Shown piece after piece: positions 1 to 12,567 of a stretch of DNA of 26,135 nt. How positions within the stretch are numbered: the first letter of the stretch is position 1; every line of letters begins with the position of its first letter. The DNA is taken from NCBI GenBank assembly GCA_013265495.1, contig MU058257.1, positions 1,168,020 to 1,194,154 on the forward strand, read 5' to 3'. The DNA is from Vicugna vicugna (lineage: Eukaryota). The translations under genes and the position numbers were made by a program. The notes beneath the pieces were generated by a model. That model saw only the letters and a program-made list of their open reading frames with translations. It was not told the DNA's origin and searched no databases.

Positions 1-44
1 CTTAGCGTCCGTTCTGAGCACTAGAGACAAACCCACGCAGCTGA

Positions 45-130
45 GTGAGAGAGGAGGACTGGCGAGTGGTTAAGTGCGTGGACTGAACCAGCGCACCGCA
101 GGCTCCCCTCAGGTCTGGGGGCTCACTTTG
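45..130 (+). mobile_element. Possible MIR SINE 5' fragment
   Basis: gaggactggcgagtggttaagtgcgtggact resembles the tRNA-like MIR head; short and degraded. Confidence 0.3.
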
Positions 131-1235
131 CTCCAGGGGCCCTGTGTCCTTGCTGCCTTCTAGTCCTCATCGCTTCACCCCAGTGCTCCCCGCGCACCTT
201 CCTCACAACACCCCATATCGTAGCTCTTTCCCAAACTTTCTTTCCATCAAAATGTCCCCATCCTTCACCCACCCCTGGTGGGGAGTGTTGCCTGCCAGGA
301 TAACTAATCAGGTCAACACACTCATGAGCCGGGACCTTAACTCGACCTCCCTAAAATGTAAATAACGTGTGAATGTCAAAGCTTTTTTATAGCAAGGTCA
401 TTTTGGTGAACTTTTTTCCTGAGGGATGCTTTTCTGAACCCCACAAATTATTCCTCCTCGTCAGATTAGGCCTCTGGTTCAACAGTGTCTTTATCCATAA
501 AAAACAAAATAAATGATTTAGTTGCGATTATCGGGCTTATAGGCTAGGTTACAGGTTGTGGAAACCAGCCTTAGGTACCAGAGGACTCTCCTGGGGAAGA
601 GCAATAAAACACTTCACGTCTGATCTGTAATATCCCGTGTTCCTGCTAGTCCTGCGGTGAACAAAACTGCCACTTCTGCCAAGTTTCATGGTCAGTGATT
701 CTATGATATGGAAAAAAGGTCCAGTATGGATTAAAATGAAATCCTCACAGGCCCCACACTGACAACCTAGGACAGACTTGAACCATCTCTCCTAAAAGTA
801 CATTCATTACTCAAACCACTTCACCATGGAGTCCACAATGTAAAGCAGTATAAAAGAATCTGGGGGTGCATTTATATAAAGACGTGCACAGGATATGCAA
901 ATCCTCAGTATTGTTCTTCCTGGATACCATGTACTATCTCAGGGTTCCCTGATTTCAATATTCAAGTGTTCGTTGTTGACAAGATAGAATTTACGCTGTT
1001 GGTTCCACTACAAGACACTATTACTGTATGAGACACTGTTGGACCTGCTCGATGCACACATTTCAATTTGAAAGGAAAAAAAAGTTTATATTTGGATTTG
1101 GAATATGATGTTACCCTGGAATTTAAACTTCATTGTGTCTTATATTCTAGGAAATGACTTCTAACAAAATAACCAAATCACACCTCATGAGGATCTGCTC
1201 CAAAACAATCGAGGAGTGTTTCCTGGTCTTGTTCT

Positions 1236-2610
1236 TTTTTTTTTTTTTTTTAATGTATTTTTACTGAAGTATAGTCAGTTTACAATGTTGTGTCAACTTC
1301 TGTTGTACAGCATAATTCTTCAGTCATACGTGAACATACATATATTCTTTTTCATATTCTTTTTCACCATAAATTACTATAAGATATTGAATATAGTTCC
1401 CTGTGCTATACAGCATGAACTTGTTATTTATCTGTTTTTTATATAGTAGTTAGTATCTGCAAATCTTGAACTCCCAATTTATCCCTTCCCACCCAATTCC
1501 CCCTCTGGTAACCATAAATTTGTTTTCTGTCTGTGAATCTGTTTCTGTTTTCTAAATAAGTTCATTTGTCTTTTTTTTTTTAGATTCCACATATAAGTGA
1601 TATCATATGGCATTTTTCATTCTCTTTGTAGCTTACTTCACTTAGAATGACATTCTCCAGGTCTATCCATGTCGCTGCAAAAGACATTATTTTATTCTTT
1701 TTATGGCTGAGTAGTATTCCATTGTATAAATATACTACAACTTTTTTACCCAGTCAACTGTCAGTGGACATTTAGGTTGCTTCCATGTCCATGTAAATAG
1801 TGCTGCTGTGAACATTGGAGTGCATGTATCTTTTTGAATTAAGGTTCCCTCTGGATATATGCCCAGGGATGGGATTGCTGGATCATATGGTAAGCCTATT
1901 TTTAGTTTTTTGGGGAATATCCATACTGGTTTCCATAATGTCTGCACCAAACTATAATCCCACCAGCAGTGTAGGAGGGTTCCCTTTCCTCCACACCCTC
2001 TCCAGTATTTATTGTTTGTGGACTTTTAAATGATGGCCATTCTGACTGGTGTGAGGTGATACTTCACTATAGTTTTGATTTGCATTTCTCTGATAATTAG
2101 TGATAGTGAGCATTTTTTCATGTGCATATTGGCCATTTGTATGTCTTTACTAGAGAATTGCTTGTATAGGTCTTCTGCCCATTTTTGGATTGAGTTGTTT
2201 GTTTTTATGTTAGTAAGTTGTATGAGCTATTTATATATTCTGGAAATTAATCTCTTGTCAGTCTCATCTTTTGCAAATATTTTCTCCCATTCCATAGGTT
2301 GTCATTTTGTTTTGTTTATGGCTTCCTTTGCTGTGTAAAAGCTTATTAGTTTAATTACACTCTATTTGTTTACTTTTGCTTTCATTTCTACTGCCTGGGT
2401 AGACTGCCCTTGGAGAACATTGCTAAGATTTATATCAGAGAATGATTTGCCTATGTTTTCTTCTAGGAGATTTATCATGTCTTGTCTTATGTTTAAGTCT
2501 TTAAGCCGTTTTGAGTTTATTTTTGTGTATGGTGTGAGGGAGTGTTCTAACGTCACTGATTTACGTGCTGCTGTCCAGTTTTCCCAGCACCACTTGCTGA
2601 AGAGACTGCC
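1236..2610 (-). mobile_element. 5'-truncated LINE-1 (ORF2 C-terminus, 3'UTR, polyA) with perfect 16-bp TSD
   Basis: Poly-T at ~1236-1251. Minus-strand ORFs 1735-1950 (LPYDPAIPSLGIYP..DTCTPMF) and 2362-2655 (SLFSKWCWENW..LTPYTKINSK) are L1 ORF2 motifs. TSD ttcctggtcttgttct at 1220-1235 and 2611-2626. Confidence 0.96.
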
Positions 2611-2626
2611 TTCCTGGTCTTGTTCT

Positions 2627-4432
2627 GGATGCTTAGCCTCTGCAGTACTGGCCATGATGTGCCCTCTGTTGAAGTGCCTCTGTTCCTGACCTCCACGACA
2701 CTGTATTATATATAATTAATTTTCCTCCCTTGGTGTCTTTCTCCTTTGTGATTCTTCTTCTGCTGCCTCATCCTCCAAAAGCCAGCCATGGTTCTTTCCT
2801 CATCTCTTCTCTCTCTTACCTGCAACTGATTCTCCAAGCTACTTGTCACAAAGTCACCTCATCTCCTTGGCTCCAGACCTTTAGCTCCAACTCTGGTCTC
2901 TCTACTGATTTAAAACCCTTCACTTCCAATAATCTGAGCAGCCTCTCTTCCTCATGAACTCAGGAAATCTGAAATGAAACTCCAAAAGTAGTTTAAGCTG
3001 TTTGTGCCTCTTATGGGAGACGTCTATCCTTAGGTTGAACGTTCCCTTTGCAAACTGATGTAGAGAAGATCTGAATGCTGGGCTCAGTGAATCAACAATG
3101 AGATTCTATAGTTTATTCCTCCCCCTCCCCCCACCACCCGTTCCTCCTTTGGAAATTTTCTTTGTGTCCCAGACTCAAAATCACAGGGTCAGCATTATCT
3201 TGCTTTTCTTTTCCTTCCATATAAAATTGTCACTAAATTCTAGTGGTTCTCCTACTCAGCTCTGTTAGAGCTCCCCTCCTCTCCATGCTCATTACCCCCA
3301 AGTTCAAAGGGCAGCAAAATTAAGCTGACGAAACTTTTGTTTTTGGGCTGAATCTGGGATGACTCGAGAGCCAGAATCGCAGTAGCAATTTTCTCATCAG
3401 CAGGTGAAGATTCAGAGGAGAGAGTCTGACAGATAAGCGAGGAAGAGAAAGAATGAGGAATGAAAGCAGGAAGGAAGGTGAGCTCGCAGCCTCTCCTTGG
3501 TCCTCTGTCTTCAGAGAGGATGGAGGACTCACCACTGCTGGTGAGTCTGTGAAGTCTTCCAGCCCTGCAGAGAGTCTGCTTGGATAAATTTACTCCCACT
3601 CCCCACCCTCAAAATCCTCAGTCTCCATCTTTCCTCACCACCCCAGGCTTTCCGCACACTTAACCAGAGCCAACCTCCCTTCCCTCAAGAATGAAGAATG
3701 TCTTTCCTTGTACTTGGAAGCCTCAGAGTCTCCATCAGGTTCATTTTCACACAATCTCTGTCCAGAATCTTAATCTCATTCTTAGGACCTGCAACTGGCT
3801 TCCAGTCTCTAAAAACCTTTATCCACTATGTACACTGATACCGGGTTAATCTTCAGAGGACATTTATTTGTTTGTGTTCATTTCCTACTCAGAAAGGCCG
3901 TGACTTCCCTTCACTCATTAAATAGAGTCTGAAATCTTAAGCCTCACAGTTAAAGCCTCCAAAGTATCTGTAAGTTCTCTTCTCCAACAAACCTTCCACC
4001 TACTCACATTTCCCTCATGGTCCCTGACCACCAAGATATTTCACTCAGTCCAACTCCGCACCGTCTGCCTCTCTGGGTTGAAGACCTTCTGCCATTTCCA
4101 GTTATCAAGATTCTGTGCTTCTCAAAGACCCAACCAAATACGTCTTTACTGCCTAAGCTCCTCCCAGTTCCAATCAGAAGTACGCAGTCTCTTCCTGTCT
4201 GTGTATTTTCTGAGGCTGTGTATCAAGTGGATATGGTGTCTTGTGCCCAAAGGATTATAATCACCATATTTACACTGTCATTTTGCTCAGAGCTCAGCTC
4301 TTCCACCGGCTCACTTCCCGGAGGTCTGACTAACACTTCTTTGTGAACATCATTATATTAAATATAGTATCTCCTACGGAGGAGGCACTTGAAAAGTTTT
4401 CATCAGCTAACTAAATTAATGAATGAATAAAT
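2627..4432 (+). mobile_element. Fragmented LINE-2 3' region (probably the target of the young L1; interrupted at ~3255-3740)
   Basis: Pyrimidine-rich L2-like blocks at 2630-3000, 3130-3250 and 3745-4430, ending in the L2 tail aatgaatgaataaa (~4417-4430). Confidence 0.55.
3255..3740 (+). mobile_element. Possible ancient ERVL-type solo LTR inside L2
   Basis: ~480-bp insert with a purine-rich core that interrupts L2-like sequence; 3' end ctttccttgtacttggaagcctc resembles old ERVL LTR ends; no clear TSD. Confidence 0.25.
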
Positions 4433-5254
4433 CTTCCCTAGCAACAGCCTTGCTAATAATAAACTTATCCTTTCTTAAACAGCTATAAATTTTGCTCTCA
4501 ATAGTCCTTGAGGGAGGCAAGTAATTTGGTTTCAAAAGATTTCTGTACATAACAAAATAAAAATGAGATGTGGCCCACACTTTAATTAATATTAGTTACT
4601 GTCAATGGTGAGTGCACAGTGTTTTTTGGTTTGGGGTTTTTTTTGCGGGGGGGGGTGAGATCAGTACTTAGGTAGCATGGGGGAAAGCAAGGTTTTCCTC
4701 AGATAAATGAATCTACAAGTAGCTACAGGGTAGTTTCATGTGCAAGCTCCTAGCCCGTCGTTGCTAGATGCAAACTTCCCTGGTACAAAATTATTCTATG
4801 ACCACTAGGTTTAAAATGCCAACTTAAGTCCAGACAAAACAATACATACAACAACACATGAAATATAAATGAGACAAGACCTCCACGATCATTTCTAATA
4901 AATGCTCATGTAAGATTTACTGTTTTCACTGTAGCATACTGATAAGGGAGGTCTTGCGAGCTGAGAAATGACTAGTTTCCTGTCTCCAAAGCAGGAAGCA
5001 CAGCCATTGTGCTGACACCCATCTGAAAGATTTTATGAGATGCTGCTTGTGCTCTGTGAGTAAAGAGCCATCTGTCTGCCATCAGAGCAGCTCTGTTCAA
5101 ATTGCCAGTGCGTCTCCACACGTCTAAGACCCAGAGGTCCAGGAGACCAGCGCGGTCACCTGACGTTCAGCATAGCAGCGCGGGCAGCGCCATCCCAGCT
5201 CTTCGGCAGATCCACATGCTGCTGGTGTCCGTGGCACCGTGCTAGCTCTCAGTC

Positions 5255-5460
5255 CAGTTGACAGTTGTCAGGCACTGTGTTGAGTTTTAGGAAGAAAAAG
5301 ATGGACAAGGCATGACCCTCCAGCAGCTCTCCTCTGAGGCCCAGAGACTGACATGAAAAGTAGCGTTTAGCACGAGGTGGGAGCCTAACAGAGGCCTGTT
5401 CCATGTGATGGAAAGACACGAAGGAGGTTCCCCAAATCTGCCAGGGGAGCAGACAGAGAG
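5255..5460 (-). mobile_element. LINE-2 3' fragment
   Basis: tgtcaggcactgtgttgagttttaggaagaaaaagatggacaag follows the antisense L2 3' end pattern. Confidence 0.5.
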
Positions 5461-5509
5461 AGAGAGATTCTTACAATAGCTGTTACAACAGAAACACTAA
5501 GTAAAAGGC

Positions 5510-5635
5510 TGCCTGTGTGTGGCAAACGCAAGTTTTGCTTTTGGGAACTTTTTGGATTTTCCTTCTGAGTGTTTTCAGTCCACCATCGGTTGAATCCATG
5601 GATGCGGATCCTGCAGGTATGGAGGGCTGACTGTA
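5510..5635 (+). mobile_element. TcMar-Tigger MITE (MER2-like) 3' end
   Basis: ggcaaacgcaagttttgcttttgggaac...ggttgaatccatggatgcgga...tatggagggctgactg followed by TA, matching the MER2-type terminus. Confidence 0.75.
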
Positions 5636-6539
5636 TACCAAAATAACAAGACTGCTCTTCTCTGGGCAGTAACATTAAAAATAATTTTCTATTATATTTA
5701 CATTTTTCCCATTGCCTGCAATTGGCATATAAAAGTCTTTTAAACAATAAACATTGTAAAGTAGTTGACTACATCCACAGACAATTTCAGCATCTTCCTC
5801 CACCAGCCCACAAGCGTATCAAAAGAAACCATAATTTAGAGAAGAAAAGTAAGTGGCAATTAAAACAAGCCCTACAGAGCCATGCTTTCTTCGCTTGGAA
5901 CCGCAGCGGCTCTGAGTGGAACACCGCATCTCCCTTCTCTGTGGGCTTCCGTCAGATCACACCTCCTGAATTACTTTGAGGCAACACAATTTGCACAGCG
6001 TTTATCAAACCTTTACTTTCTAAACAGTCCTCATGATCTCCTTTGCTTTTCTGTGATTCCACCCCCTCTGAACAGAGACTCTGAAAGCACACCACAGCCC
6101 TCCTCATTCAAATGCCGGTGCAGGATTTATTGAGAGGTTTGGATCGTGGCAGCAGGCAGGGAAGCCGGCATCCCAGACGCGGTGACGACGTCAGGAGTTA
6201 CTGAGCTGAGCGAGGCTATCTCTGTGCATTTTGCCAATCGCCCATCTTACGTCATTCTGGAAAGCTTGAGGTGGCATTCACCTGTCTGTTTATGTTGCTT
6301 CATTATTTATTTTACCAAATACAAGTCAGCCGAGTTGCAATCATGTTGTCGGCCATTATGAGAGAATCAAAAAGTAAATCCAAAAAGAGCAAATGCACAC
6401 ACGGTTCCTTACACCTTCTGTGCACCAACCACTCACAGCCACCTCCCTTAGTCCCTGGACCTTCAGGTGCTCCACTGCAACACCCGCGTTGCCTGGTTCC
6501 TGAGGACAGACTAGAGGGGAGCATGCGTCGTGATACAGA

Positions 6540-7080
6540 CTATGACCTGCCTACGAAGGAGATTTCCGTGTCGTGCGTTAATTGTACATTTTACCATCCT
6601 GTGCTTCCAGTGTCACCGCCAGGCTTCCTGCGATGGACGAATCAGACTGTTCCGTCGTTAACAAGAGTAAACAATTCTTTGAACGATGCGAGGACCGGGA
6701 AGAACTTTTGTGGTCATTTTCTCTGATGACAGCAAACTGTTCCACGGTTGCAGCGTGTGTTCCTCTGTAAACAGTTGTGTGCAGCATAGGTCCATCCACG
6801 CGGTAGAGCCGCCTCCTTGCCCTTTTACTGTTGACCTGTTCACGATGTCTGGCTCCCCTGTAGAACGCTGGTGGAACAGCACGTAAACCAAAGAGGCTGT
6901 TAACATTGTTATAAAGATGTGACTCCTTCTCAATGTTCTCCTTTACTCCTAAATCATTGGAAAGTGGATGGGGAATGATGGCCATAGAACTAACTGGTAA
7001 CATAGTTGTTTGCATTAAGATTTACTTTATCTGGACATGTCAATTACAAAAAGAAATAAGATAAAATCATAGAAAACACT
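6540..7080 (-). mobile_element. Highly diverged ancient L1M(E) fragment
   Basis: Reverse complement has blocks resembling the L1 3' region (cgtggaacagtttgctgtcatcagagaaaatga vs recalled caatggaatactatgcagccattaaaaagaatga). Confidence 0.3.
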
Positions 7081-7109
7081 TTGGAAACAAAATTAGTAAT
7101 TTTGTACGG

Positions 7110-7445
7110 AAAAACCACTGGACTGGGAACCAGAAGAAGAGTGTCAGAGCCCAATCTGTCACTTACTCATGAAACTCTGCGGGCACAGGAACCATGTTCG
7201 TTTGACCAGAGCCTGGGATTTGATAAAGAGACAGACCTTGGTTTGAACGGAAGCTCTGCCATGTGCGTCTGTGTGACTTTCAGCAAATTATCCCCTGAGC
7301 CTCAGTTTTCTTCATCTATAAAAGTGAAACAATAACAGTGCCCGACTTACGAGGTGGTTGTAAATACTACACGCAATAATCCGGGTGAAGCGTTTAGCAC
7401 AGCATCTGGCAGCTAATAACACCCAAAGAATAGCAGGTGTCATTG
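7110..7445 (+). mobile_element. MIR SINE(s)
   Basis: Core ctgtgtgactttcagcaaattatcccctgagcctcagttttcttcatctataaaagtg and tail gaagcgtttagcacagcatctggc. Confidence 0.8.
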
Positions 7446-7719
7446 TGACCATAAGACATTATTTCTGGGCAGCAAATTCTTCAGCCCCATCACACAGAGG
7501 ATGAGACCGTACCCAAGGGTTCCTCCGGGTATAACAGTCTCTGAGTGAAGCAGAGAAGGACTACACTTTACAAGAGAATTCCTCACAAGGTAATTCAAAT
7601 GACAATAACGTCAATTATAATAACAATAGCAATAATAAAGTTGACAAAAACATTAGCCTCTATTTCAGAAGTCTTACATGATGTAGAGATATGATGCTAA
7701 GGAGAGTGTGTGGGAACCA

Positions 7720-7862
7720 AGATCATGCTTGTCTGTGTTTGTTTGTCTCCCCAGCAGATGTAAAGGTTATGGAGGCAGGAATGATGTCTTATTTACCTTT
7801 GGAATCCCAATGTTCAGCTCATGGAGTGATTTAAAGCAAATATGTAAATGAATGAATGACTT
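7720..7862 (+). mobile_element. LINE-2 3' end
   Basis: agatgtaaaggttatggaggcagga...aaatatgtaaatgaatgaatga tail. Confidence 0.7.
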
Positions 7863-7939
7863 ACTGATGGGAACACTCAGCCTAAAATCTCTGCCTTTGT
7901 GGAGAATATAGTCAAGTGTTACATATTTTTAAAAAAGAA

Positions 7940-8800
7940 TACTCGGTATTGTTAATTATTAGAGAAATGCAAATCAAAACTACAGTGAGGTATCACCTCA
8001 CACTGGTCAGAACGGCCACCTTCAAAAAGTGTACAAATGATAAATGCTGGAGAGGGTGTGGAAGGAAGGGAACCCTCCTACACTGTTGGTAGGAATGTTG
8101 TTTGGTGCAGCCACTATGAAAAACAGTATGGGGGTTTCTTAAAAGACTAAAAATAGATTTACCATATGACCCAGCAACCTGACTCCTGAGCACATATCTA
8201 GAAAAGACAAAAGCTCCAATTCAAAAAGATACGTGCTCCCCAGTGTTCACAGAAGCACTATTTACAATAGCCAAGACATGGAAGCAACCTAAATGTCCAC
8301 CAACAGATGACTGGGTAAAGAAGCTGTGGTATATTTATATAATGGAATATTAGTCGGCCATAAAAAATAATAAAACAATGCCATTTGCAGCAACGTGGAT
8401 GGACTTGGAAATCATCATACTAAGTGAAATAAGCCAGACAAAGACAAATATTATATGATATCACTGACATGTGGATTTTTTTGAATGATACAAATGAACT
8501 TATTTACAAAACAGAAATAGACTCACAGACCTAGAAAATAAACTTCCAGTTACCAAAGGGGAAAGATGAGGGTGAGGGATAAATCAGGACTTTAGGATTA
8601 ACAGATACATGCTATTCTATATAAAATAAACAACGTCCAACAGTACCGCACAGGGAACTATATTCAGTAGCTTGTAATAACCTATAATGGAAAAGAACCT
8701 GAAAAAGACTATACATACGTGTGTGCATATCAGAATCACTCTGCTGTACACATGAAACTAACACGACACTGTAAATCAACTATCCTTCAATTTAAAAAAA
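7940..8800 (+). mobile_element. 5'-truncated LINE-1 (ORF2 end and 3'UTR)
   Basis: agagaaatgcaaatcaaaactacagtgaggtatcacc ... gtaaatcaactatccttcaa plus short A-tail; candidate TSD aaaaaagaa at 7931-7939 and 8795-8803, after a canonical TT|AAAA site. Confidence 0.95.
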
Positions 8801-8809
8801 GAAAGGGAC

Positions 8810-10320
8810 AGGAGGGCTAAAAGAAACCTCGTGCTGACATTTGTAACCTCAGTTAGAATGGTAGCAGCCTCGCTGAGACTGTGACGTATGAGTAAAGAGG
8901 AAAATGTGAGGGAGTGAGCCAGCCCCTTTGCTCTCTGGAGGGAAAGCAGGGGGCAGAGGCCCGGATGGGGGGCTGATCCCCTGTCGGTGGCGCAGGAAGA
9001 GGCAGGTGTGCCCAGGCTGGAGGGAGAGCCACAGTCACAGAGCTAATCCAGAGGAGGAGCGGGTCATGCGGGGTCTCACGGGGCCCGTTGGAGTCTTTGG
9101 CTTTTACTCTGAGTGGAGTTTGAGCAGAGGTGACTTGGAGAGATCCGTGGGTTACTGTGGTGGCTGAGTTGGGTGCAGCTGGGGTGGGGAAGCGGGGCGG
9201 AATCAAGGGCAGCAGGTCGGAGGCTGTTGCTTCTTAGATGGAAAGGAGGTGACAGTGGGTTGGACCGTTGCAGTAGAACCAGTAAAAACCAGTCACCACC
9301 AGGACAAGTGGTGACAGCAGCACTGCCGGGTTTGGATGTGCAGGACTAACAAGTAAGGCTCGGAGTCAGAGGGAAGGAGAAGAATCAAAGATGTGCGCCC
9401 GGAAGGAAGCGGGGTCTGTGGGCTGGGGTGTTGACACTGGGTGGGGGCGGGGAGCAGGTTTGAACGGAGACGTTACGATCTCAGCTTTTCACTTGTTTGG
9501 TCTGAGTGCACAGCAGACATCTAAGCAGGGGGCCAAGCAGAAAGTTAGATGTGGAGTCTGGAGTCCAAGGTCCGGACCGCAGCCAAGACATCGGCTGGGA
9601 ATGCCCAGCAGACAGATGGCGTCTAAAGCTACAGAGCTGAGTGAGACTACAAAGGAGCTGTGTAGACATAGGAAGGAGGACGGTCCAAGGCTGGAGCACG
9701 CTTGAATGTTTAGAGGTGATATAGAACGAGAAACCAGCAGAAGTCCGAGAAGGACTGGCTATGAAGGAAGGAAGAAAACCAGGAAAGTGTGGCGCGTGGA
9801 ATTCAAGCCACAAAAGACACCAAGGGAGAGAGCATAGACAGCCGAGTTGGATGCTGCTTGTAGGTCAGTTGCAACGACGACCAAGAACTGGCCACTGGGA
9901 TGAGCAGCGTGGAGGTCATGGACGACCTTGCGGATGGAGGTCTGAGGACGTGGTGGGGCAAAAGCCTGATGGAGAGGACGCAGGAGAGGACAAATGGAGG
10001 GAAGTTAGAGGGACTGCTTGGGAAACTCTCAGTTTTGATAAAAAGAAAAGGAGAGAAACGGAGACGCGTAGCTGTAGGGGAAGTGTTCTCTAGAGAAGGG
10101 TTTTTTGTTCTGTTTTTTCTAAGATGAGAGAACTCACATACTGTGTGCTGATGGGAATAATCCACCGGAAAGGGAAAAATTATGAACATTGTTTAACAGT
10201 TTTCTCCTCTGAGAGAAGGTAAGATGTCGTGAACAACAGGAGCAGTTGGCTTTAGCAAAAGCTCAGGGACAGTTCCTCCATCATTTTCAGCAGAGAAGAT
10301 GAAGTGGAGATGGGCGAGTC
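8810..10320 (-). mobile_element. Long LINE-2 fragment
   Basis: Purine-rich antisense L2 pattern (gagtctttggcttttactctgagtg, ggtttggatgtg, agttagatgtggagtctggagtcc, gaggtcatggacgaccttg). Confidence 0.75.
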
Positions 10321-12567
10321 CAATGATCCTTTTCTAATGATGAAAATAGACTGGCTTCTTTCTTAAATTCACATATGACTCCCAGAACAGCCCTGGAGTT
10401 ATTATTCCAAAGTGCAGATGTTATGGAAATAATTTTAATTTAGCAAGTAATGGTTTCCCCTGACTTTTCAGGAATGCCTCTCTTGCCTGAAGTAAATTAC
10501 TCCTAGACAGTATAGTTCACTTCTGCAACCAGACGTGGAACAGTGATTTTTGAGAAAAGATGTTTAAATTTAGATTTACCACATTGCTTATTATCTCCGT
10601 ATAACAGCTATCAGTAATAATATTTCACATGAATTATCTTTCTATATTATGAAGCCATAGTCTTTAAAATCCCTTTTGATGACTCTCCATGCTATGCTAA
10701 TAGTCCCTGTCATATATGTCACTTATTTAACACGTTATCAGTGGAACCTTGTATTGTTTATTTCATGTACATGACACACCTGTGAGTGTGTGCACACAGG
10801 TCAATAAACCTAATATCACAACGGATTGCAGAATATGGACCACATTTGCTTGTATCTCTGCATCACTGATGATGACTAAAGCAGTGACCTAAACACAAGC
10901 AAAACCAGGGAACTTCTGGAGAAACATCCATTGTTGTATAGTCATAAAACAAGAAGCAGAGAATAAATACAGCCGTGAGTCTAAGGAGAAACAAGTCTCC
11001 TGGGCTGCTAGAAACAACACACAAGCCTACGTGCCTTCTTCAAAGAAGGAAACTTCCCAAGACTAATATCAGGGCACTAATTTTTTTTTAAAAAAAGTAT
11101 CTTCCTTTTAAAAATTGGGCAAAAAACCCAATTTCCTGAGAAAGAGGGTATCTGAAAGTAAAATTGCTAGAACTATAGATCTTTCGTATAAATCCCCCAT
11201 AGAGAAGGTGAAATGCAGCCCCCACTGGGAGCTGGCACCCCGAAGGTCTCCAGCAGTGTCCCACGTCAAGTGAGACCTGTGTGCCTCTTCCCGTCTGACG
11301 CTGACCCTCTTCGGTAGGTAGGTCTTACCTACCGGCTGTAGGTTTCCCAAGGGAACATCTCATACCATCCTATACCATGGTGTCAGGCACATAAAAGCAC
11401 TGGACATTTACTTGTTAAATTTAATTTTCACAGAGAAATCTCCCAGTGATGACAAATATTTCTGCAAATCGCAGTTTCTAATTACTGGTGAATGCATGTT
11501 AAAGCAAAATTCTGGCACGTGTTCTTTGTATTAAGAAATTATAAAGTGCAAATTACTACGTTAATTAATAGCTTCTTAAAATGTGCTGAAAGTGATACAT
11601 TTTGTTAACATTTATTAATTAGGCTTTGTTGGCGAATGTTACAGTTCATTATAGAACAATTAAGAAATACAGAAAAACACAAGGAAGAAGAAAAACACAT
11701 AGAACAAATTTTATACTATCATTCCAAGACCACGTCCCAAATAAATTCCCTGACATAAATATTTTTCTATCTAGTTGGCATTTTTTAGCACTTGTTTTAT
11801 AGCATGTTTTTTTTGACATAATAAATAATATAACATAAATGGTCTTCCATGTCATTAATAGTTTTCTAAAACATCATTTTTAATGTCTGCAATGGTATAC
11901 AGATACATCATAATTTAGTTTATAAATTCTCTATCATTGGACATTCATGTTATTTCAAATTTTTCATTATTGTAAATGATGCTGAAATAAACATTCCTGC
12001 GAATAGATTTCCCAAATCTGAGGCTATTTCCTTAGGTTAATTTCATCAGACTGGAATGATTTGGTCCAAGGTTGTAGGCATTATTAAGATTTTGAACATA
12101 TACTGCCCAATGGTTCTACAGAGAGACTGAGTAATTTACACTCACCACAGAGCGTGAGAAAAACACTGTTTTCTCTGTGATCTGATATCAGTCTGGGGAC
12201 ATTTCCTCGGACTTTAAAAAAAATAAAAGAGTGGTATCAATTTGGAAAATGTTGACAGATGGAAAAAAAATCTCATTGTTTTAATTTGTATTTCATTGAA
12301 TGCTGGTGAACTGAACTGTTTTTCAAATTTTCTGGCTATTTATAGTTTACATTTTGGGCATTTTTGTTTATGTCTTTCGCATTAGGTTGTACTTCTTCTA
12401 CTGAATGTCGCCTTCTCTTACTTTCCATCGGCATATTTACGTATGCAGGATATCAGCCTTTTGCTCTCACGTTATAAATATTTTGTTCATTTTCTCTTTA
12501 ATTGTATGAAAAGGTGTTTTTAAGGTCCTGAATCTTTTCTTCGTGGTTAAATCTGTTGGTTTTTAGG

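Noticed and set aside
585..1030. Short peptides reminiscent of dependoparvovirus capsid (LICNIP/VPASP, GPVWIK, PHTD, TFITQ, FNIQV)
   Set aside because: They lie in different frames and in the wrong order relative to VP1, so they are likely chance. A tBLASTn with parvovirus VP would settle it.
6271..7015. ORFs of 151 aa (+) and 145 aa (-) and an acceptor-like site at 6610
   Set aside because: No recognisable protein; the ORFs overlap on both strands and the region resembles degraded L1M.
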